Of a stretch of 64,000 nucleotides of DNA, positions 58,833 to 64,000 are shown one piece after another. Each line of letters opens with the position of its first letter. The first letter of the stretch is position 1. The position numbers and the translations under genes are program-made. This stretch comes from Alphaproteobacteria bacterium (GTDB taxonomy: Bacteria; Pseudomonadota; Alphaproteobacteria; JBFXJJ01). Below the pieces are notes generated by a model. The model was given only the letters and a program-made list of their open reading frames with translations, was not told where the DNA came from and ran no database searches. The stretch is taken from contig JBFXJJ010000012.1 of assembly GCA_050175015.1 (NCBI GenBank), positions 1 through 64,000 on the forward strand, read 5' to 3'.

Positions 58833-59866
58833 TAGACACTTATCTCCAGATTTTTAAAGAACTGCTCAAGGAAGAAGTTTTGGTATTCAGAACCTCGCTC
58901 GATATCTAATCTAGAAGTTATAGCATCATCAACAAGACGTCTTAAAGCATCTTTTTCAATCCGCAATCTAAAGTTTTTAGGAAGCGAGTTACCAGCTCCA
59001 ACCACGCCTTCAAAAACAAAAGAATTCGTAACAGGAGGATCTATTTTAATGGAAATGGTTGCAAGGTTTATTTTACCTTGAGGCGGCAGTTTAAAGTCAT
59101 CGCTGGAAACAGAACTGTAGTGATTAGGAATATAACTCATAACCTGCATTCCATCAGAAGGCGAAAAGTGCAGTCCAAATTTTTCGCAGGCTCTTTCAAT
59201 TACATTGCAAGTAAAGTAAAGCTCTCTTGCTATAAAATTGCTGTCGTTTATAGCTTGAATCATAAAGGTAATTTCAAGCGTATTTTGATAAACTTTGAAA
59301 GATCTTGAAACAAAATCAACAAAGATATACGGCTGGGGACGTCTGCCAAACATACCCGCCAGAACAGATGGCGGAGCATTCTGAGTGCTGGAGCCTGCCC
59401 GGATATAATATTTACTGTCGCTTGCCATTAAAGGGGCAAAATTGCTTTTAGGAATTAAAGTTGCGATGTAACCGGTTTCATCATCTTTTTCACCAATTAT
59501 GGTGCTTTGTACGGTTTTGTGCGCTGGCAGAGTGCAGCCTGAAACCGAATTTTCAATCCAGCTTAAAAAGCGTCTGACATTTTCTATCCTTACTTTGGCT
59601 TTTGCCACATCTCCTATTTCAACATCTCTGGCGCAGTCAACGCCCCAAAGTATGACGCCGCCCTCAGAGTTGCCAAACCCCGATATAGCTTTAGCAAGGT
59701 TTTTTCTGTCATCGTGGTGCATAGCGGTTCCTTTACCGTTACCGCTAGGATTAGCACGCTTGAAGTCAAGAAAAAGTTCTTCGGTTTGATGGTTGATAAT
59801 AAATTCATCAATCGCATCTTCTTGAAGAGTTTTCAGTTTTTGAAAAATATCTTCGGCTCGTCCCAT
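58832..59866 (-). CDS. Schlafen/AlbA_2-domain protein
   Basis: EELFLDFK, AISGFGNSEGGVILWGVD, YYIRAGSST; unrecognised beta-rich C-terminal domain. Confidence 0.88.
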   Translation of the reverse strand: MGRAEDIFQKLKTLQEDAIDEFIINHQTEELFLDFKRANPSGNGKGTAMHHDDRKNLAKAISGFGNSEGGVILWGVDCARDVEIGDVAKAKVRIENVRRFLSWIENSVSGCTLPAHKTVQSTIIGEKDDETGYIATLIPKSNFAPLMASDSKYYIRAGSSTQNAPPSVLAGMFGRRPQPYIFVDFVSRSFKVYQNTLEITFMIQAINDSNFIARELYFTCNVIERACEKFGLHFSPSDGMQVMSYIPNHYSSVSSDDFKLPPQGKINLATISIKIDPPVTNSFVFEGVVGAGNSLPKNFRLRIEKDALRRLVDDAITSRLDIERGSEYQNFFLEQFFKNLEISV

Positions 59867-59867
59867 G

Positions 59868-60827
59868 CTAAGGTTCTTTCAATTCAATAGGCAGTTTAAA
59901 AATAGTTTTTTCTTTGGTAAAAGTCGTCTCTTTTATTTTAACATTATATCTTTTCTTGATTCCAGCAATAACTTTTTTAACCAGAATTTCTGGGGCAGAT
60001 GCTCCAGCTGTTATTCCTAAGGTTTGTATTCCTTCAAGAGCCCCCCAGTTTATTTCATCAGGACTTTCGATAAGAAATGATTTCATACAGCCTGAGGTTT
60101 TGCTTACTTCAACTAAACGCTGGGAGTTAGAGGAATTGGGAGATCCGATAACAAAAATAGTGTCGCAGATAGCGGCAATTTCTTTAATAGCATTTTGACG
60201 ATTGGTAGTGGCGTAGCAGATATCGTTTTTATTTGGCTGTCCAATATTAGGAATTTTATTTTTTAAGATTTTGATAATTTTTTCGGTCTCATCAAAAGAT
60301 AAAGTCGTTTGGGTAACATAAGAATAGGTCTTTTTTGTATCAGGAGAAAAGTTTTTGGCATCATCTTCGCCTTCAATAATGATGATGTTTTCTTCAGGAA
60401 TCTGCCCCTTTGTCCCAATAATTTCAGGGTGTTTTTTGTGTCCGATTAAAATAACGTCATTGCCCAAATTAAAGTTTTTGATAGTTTCAAGATGTACTTT
60501 TTCAACAAGCGGGCAGGTTGCATCAATAAAATGAATGTTACGGTCTTCGGCTTCTTTTACTACAGCTTTAGATACACCGTGAGCCGAAAAAATTACAGGA
60601 CGATCAGCGGGAACTTCGCTTAGTTCATCAACAAAAATAGCCCCTTTTTCTTTGAGCGATTCGACAACAAAACGATTGTGAACAATCTCGTGTCGGACAT
60701 AAACTGGTTTGCCAAATTTTTTGATAGCTTTTTCAACAATTTTAATCGCTCTGGTAACGCCTGCGCAAAAACCTCTTGGTTTAGCAAGCATAATGGTAAT
60801 TTTAGGTTTCTTTTTTTTATTTAGCAT
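59868..60827 (-). CDS. ispH: 4-hydroxy-3-methylbut-2-enyl diphosphate reductase
   Basis: PRGFCAGV, HEIVHN, SAHG, DATCPLV, QTT, DICYATTNRQ, SSNS, TAGASAP. Confidence 0.97.
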   Translation of the reverse strand: MLNKKKKPKITIMLAKPRGFCAGVTRAIKIVEKAIKKFGKPVYVRHEIVHNRFVVESLKEKGAIFVDELSEVPADRPVIFSAHGVSKAVVKEAEDRNIHFIDATCPLVEKVHLETIKNFNLGNDVILIGHKKHPEIIGTKGQIPEENIIIIEGEDDAKNFSPDTKKTYSYVTQTTLSFDETEKIIKILKNKIPNIGQPNKNDICYATTNRQNAIKEIAAICDTIFVIGSPNSSNSQRLVEVSKTSGCMKSFLIESPDEINWGALEGIQTLGITAGASAPEILVKKVIAGIKKRYNVKIKETTFTKEKTIFKLPIELKEP

Positions 60828-60933
60828 TGTTAATTTTTTCAGTATATTTTATTAAGTTACTAGACATTTAATCCGTTAGAAAGATATTATCTTAAAGACA
60901 ATTATTAGCTAATCAAACTTATTTTATAATGTA

Positions 60934-61488
60934 ATGAATATAAAATTTTTAAAAAAACCCCTAATTAAAATTCTTTTTTTATTCGCAGCTGTTCTGAATC
61001 TTAATTCTTGCGTGAATAAAAAGCCTTTACCTCCATGTCCTGGCGTTTATCTTGAAGAGAATACCGTTTCAGGAACTTTTTTCAAAGATGAGGTTGGTAA
61101 AGACATTACTGACAAAGTTTTGGAAGTAGAAATCAAAGGGTATGATGGCTATTGCACTTATTCTAAGGACTTAAAAAAAGTTGAAGTAAGAATCAATGCT
61201 GTTTTTGACGCCGTTCTTGGCGGTGCTGCTAAAAGTCGAAAAGTCGACTTTAGCTATTTCATAGCAGTGCCTAGTTTTTATCCTGCAAAAGAAGGAAAAC
61301 AGGTTTTTAATGTTAGTTTAGATTTTCCTGAAGGGGTTTATTACTTAAGCCACCTTGATGATGAAATCAAAATAACCCTGCCTGTTCCACAAGACGAAAA
61401 AGACAAAGACTTAAGCATTTTTCTTGGGCTTCAGCTGACAGAAAATCAATTAAAATATAATCGTGAAAAGCTGAAGGAAAAGGATTAA
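60934..61488 (+). CDS. Conserved hypothetical lipoprotein
   Basis: Lipobox LNS-C, then LPPCP; divergent from ispH. Confidence 0.7.
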   Translation: MNIKFLKKPLIKILFLFAAVLNLNSCVNKKPLPPCPGVYLEENTVSGTFFKDEVGKDITDKVLEVEIKGYDGYCTYSKDLKKVEVRINAVFDAVLGGAAKSRKVDFSYFIAVPSFYPAKEGKQVFNVSLDFPEGVYYLSHLDDEIKITLPVPQDEKDKDLSIFLGLQLTENQLKYNREKLKEKD

Positions 61489-61491
61489 AAA

Positions 61492-63459
61492 ATGATATCT
61501 CACAGAGAAATGGCGAATGCGATAAGATTTTTAGCAATAGATGGTGTTCAAAAAGCAAATTCTGGACATCCTGGTATGCCTATGGGTATGGCAGATGTTG
61601 CAACTGTTTTATTTTCAAAATTTTTGAAATTTGATGCTTCAGATCCCCATTGGTTTAATAGGGATCGTTTTGTTTTATCCGCAGGTCATGGCTCAATGCT
61701 GCTTTACAGCCTTTTATATCTCACAGGCTATAAAGATATAACATTGGAAGATTTAAAAAACTTTAGGCAGCTTGGAAGCAAAACAGCAGGACACCCTGAA
61801 TATGGACACGTTGAAGGTGTTGAAACAACCACAGGTCCATTGGGACAAGGCATTGCAACAGCTGTTGGTATGGCTCTGGCAGAAAGAATGCTTGCTGTTC
61901 GTTTTGGTGAAAAAATTGTTGACCACCACACCTATGTTATTTGTGGCGATGGCTGTTTGATGGAAGGCATCAGTGAAGAGGCAATCTCGCTTGCAGGTCA
62001 TCTTAACCTCAGCAAACTTATTGTTTTGTGGGACGATAACGGGATAACCATTGATGGTTCTACCTCTTTGGCAACATCTACCGATCAATTAAAGAGATTT
62101 GAGGCTTCTAACTGGAAAACGTTTAGAGTTGATGGTCATGATCCTGAAGAAATAGCAAAAGTTATAGCCGAAGCAAAAGATTCTGATCGCCCTTGTTTTA
62201 TTGCTTGCAAAACCATTATTGGATATGGTTCTCCAAATTTGGCTGGCACCGAAAAAACCCACGGTTCACCTTTGGGAGAACAGGAAATTGATGCAACCAG
62301 AAAATTGCTGGGCTGGGAACACGCTCCTTTTGAAGTTCCTGAAGATATTGTTGAAGAATGGCGCAAGGCAGGCTCTAGAGGTAAAAAAGAAAAAGATGTT
62401 TGGGAAAAAGAGTTAGCTAAACTTGATGCTTCTTTAAAAACTGAATTTTTAAGAATGATGTCGGGAGAGCTTCCTGAAAATTGGCAGGAATCAATTACTA
62501 ACTTCAAACAGAAATGTTTAGCCGATAAACCTAAAGTAGCAACTCGTAAAGCCTCAGAAATGGTTTTAGAAGCTATTGTTCCTGCTATTCCTGAACTTAT
62601 CGGTGGCTCGGCTGATTTAACCCATTCAAATCTTACCAAAACTAAAGATATGCAGCCTGTTCGTCCAGGTTCTTATTCTGGTCGTTATATCCATTACGGC
62701 ATTAGAGAACACGGTATGGCAGCATTAATGAATGGTATGGCTCTGCACAAAGGTTTTATTCCTTATGGTGGCGCCTTTTTTATTTTCTCTGATTATATGA
62801 AGCCTTCAATGAGACTCTCGGCTTTAATGAAACAGAGAGTTATTTATGTTTTAACACACGATTCTATTGGGCTTGGAGAAGATGGTCCAACCCATCAGCC
62901 AATTGAACAATTAGCAGCTCTTCGTGCTGTTCCTAATATGCTTGTTATGCGTCCTTGTGATATTGTTGAAACCGCAGAATGCTGGGAAATAGCTTTGCAA
63001 AGCAAAGACAGACCTTCGGTATTGGTTCTTTCTCGTCAAAATCTTCCTCTTCTTAGAGATGCTATTGACGAAAATTTATCTTATAAAGGAGCATATGAAG
63101 TAAGAGCAGCTTCTGACAAGCACGATGTTACCTTGATTGCAACAGGCTCAGAAGTTGAGTTGGCTTTGAAAGCAAAAGAAATTTTAGAAAGCAAAGGCGT
63201 TGGTGCTTCTGTAGTTTCTATGCCTTCTTGGGAACTTTTTGCGGAGCAGCCTTTAGAATATCGTGAAAAGATTTTAGGCAAAGGAACATATAAAGTTGCT
63301 GTTGAAGCTCTTTCGACCTTTGGCTGGGAAAGATATGCCGATAAAGTTGTTGGTATGAATAGTTTTGGAGCATCTGCTCCCGCTTCCGAGCTTTATAAGC
63401 ATTTTGGGATAACCCCTGAAGTTGTAGCTGAAGAAGCTATTTCAGGGTTAAAAAAATAA
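61492..63459 (+). CDS. tkt: Transketolase
   Basis: [43 protein letters not shown]. Confidence 0.98.
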   Translation: MISHREMANAIRFLAIDGVQKANSGHPGMPMGMADVATVLFSKFLKFDASDPHWFNRDRFVLSAGHGSMLLYSLLYLTGYKDITLEDLKNFRQLGSKTAGHPEYGHVEGVETTTGPLGQGIATAVGMALAERMLAVRFGEKIVDHHTYVICGDGCLMEGISEEAISLAGHLNLSKLIVLWDDNGITIDGSTSLATSTDQLKRFEASNWKTFRVDGHDPEEIAKVIAEAKDSDRPCFIACKTIIGYGSPNLAGTEKTHGSPLGEQEIDATRKLLGWEHAPFEVPEDIVEEWRKAGSRGKKEKDVWEKELAKLDASLKTEFLRMMSGELPENWQESITNFKQKCLADKPKVATRKASEMVLEAIVPAIPELIGGSADLTHSNLTKTKDMQPVRPGSYSGRYIHYGIREHGMAALMNGMALHKGFIPYGGAFFIFSDYMKPSMRLSALMKQRVIYVLTHDSIGLGEDGPTHQPIEQLAALRAVPNMLVMRPCDIVETAECWEIALQSKDRPSVLVLSRQNLPLLRDAIDENLSYKGAYEVRAASDKHDVTLIATGSEVELALKAKEILESKGVGASVVSMPSWELFAEQPLEYREKILGKGTYKVAVEALSTFGWERYADKVVGMNSFGASAPASELYKHFGITPEVVAEEAISGLKK

Positions 63460-63493
63460 AATAATTTAGAAACTTTTAAGGAGAAAAAAAACA

Positions 63494-64000
63494 ATGGCAA
63501 TAATTACAATGCGTCAGATTTTAGACCATGCCGCAGAAAATAGTTATGGCGTACCAGCTTTTAATATCAACAACATGGAGCAAATGCTTGCAGTATTAAA
63601 AGCTGCTAAAAAAGTAGATTCGCCTGTTATTTTACAAGCCAGCAGAGGTGCAAGAACTTACGCAGGTGATATTATGTTGCAAAAAATGGTTGAAGCCGCA
63701 GTTATGATGTATCCAGAACTTCCAATCTGTATGCACCAAGATCACGGCAACAGCTTAGCAACCTGCGCTGGCGCTTTATGCCACGGTTTTACTTCTGTTA
63801 TGATGGACGGTTCTTTGGAAGCTGACGGCAAAACACCTTCTAGTTTTGAATACAATGCCAAAGTTACAAAATCGGTAGTCGAATTAGCTCACAGCGTTGG
63901 TGCTTCTGTTGAAGGTGAAATCGGCGTTTTAGGTTCTCTTGAAACGGGTAAAGGCGACAAAGAAGATGGTCATGGTTTTGAAGGTAAACTTGATAAAGAA
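63494..64000 (+). CDS. fba: Class II fructose-bisphosphate aldolase (5' part, runs off window)
   Basis: Manual translation MAIITMRQILDHAAENSYGVPAFNINNMEQ..HQDHG..GFTSVMMDGS..VEGEIG. Confidence 0.95.
   Translation, partial: MAIITMRQILDHAAENSYGVPAFNINNMEQMLAVLKAAKKVDSPVILQASRGARTYAGDIMLQKMVEAAVMMYPELPICMHQDHGNSLATCAGALCHGFTSVMMDGSLEADGKTPSSFEYNAKVTKSVVELAHSVGASVEGEIGVLGSLETGKGDKEDGHGFEGKLDKE

Noticed and set aside
405-63281. Many short antisense or alternate-frame ORFs in the supplied track (e.g. 405-848, 7194-7631, 36433-36831, 43383-43607, 62136-62639)
   Set aside because: They overlap well-supported genes or lack motifs and RBS; treated as spurious

Overview
AT-rich (roughly 35% GC by eye) chromosomal window from an alphaproteobacterium, read with the standard code. 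The assignment rests on conserved gene orders: aroA-cmk-rpsA-ihfB-lapA-trpF..trpBA-accD-folC, uvrC-pgsA, ispH..thrB..rnhA, and thrC-M16 peptidase. It is probably an uncultured, anaerobe-leaning Rhodospirillales-like lineage (inference). Most genes are housekeeping, plus one tRNA-Gly(GCC) and a 148-bp MITE with solo end copies. No prophage, CRISPR array or transposase is visible. Main observations: (1) a soluble sensory [FeFe]-hydrogenase-like/MCP fusion whose ~250-nt leader folds like a phage C4/CI-type antisense immunity cassette, with target sites, an attenuator-like hairpin and a tRNA-like RNA ending in CCA; (2) a GTP-PEPCK homologue missing key catalytic residues, lying between an OmpR/EnvZ pair and a protein with 20.7 copies of a 60-bp acidic repeat plus a thrice-repeated unrecognised domain; (3) rquA (rhodoquinone synthesis) in an operon with a cytoplasmic NifL-type PAS phosphorelay; (4) a Schlafen/AlbA_2 gene coupled inside ispH-thrB-rnhA; (5) a DsbD-like protein lacking its membrane cysteines; (6) a BigR/SqrR-YeeE sulfur module and an asnS that is unusual for this class. 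All family calls come from motif recognition by eye; no searches were run.
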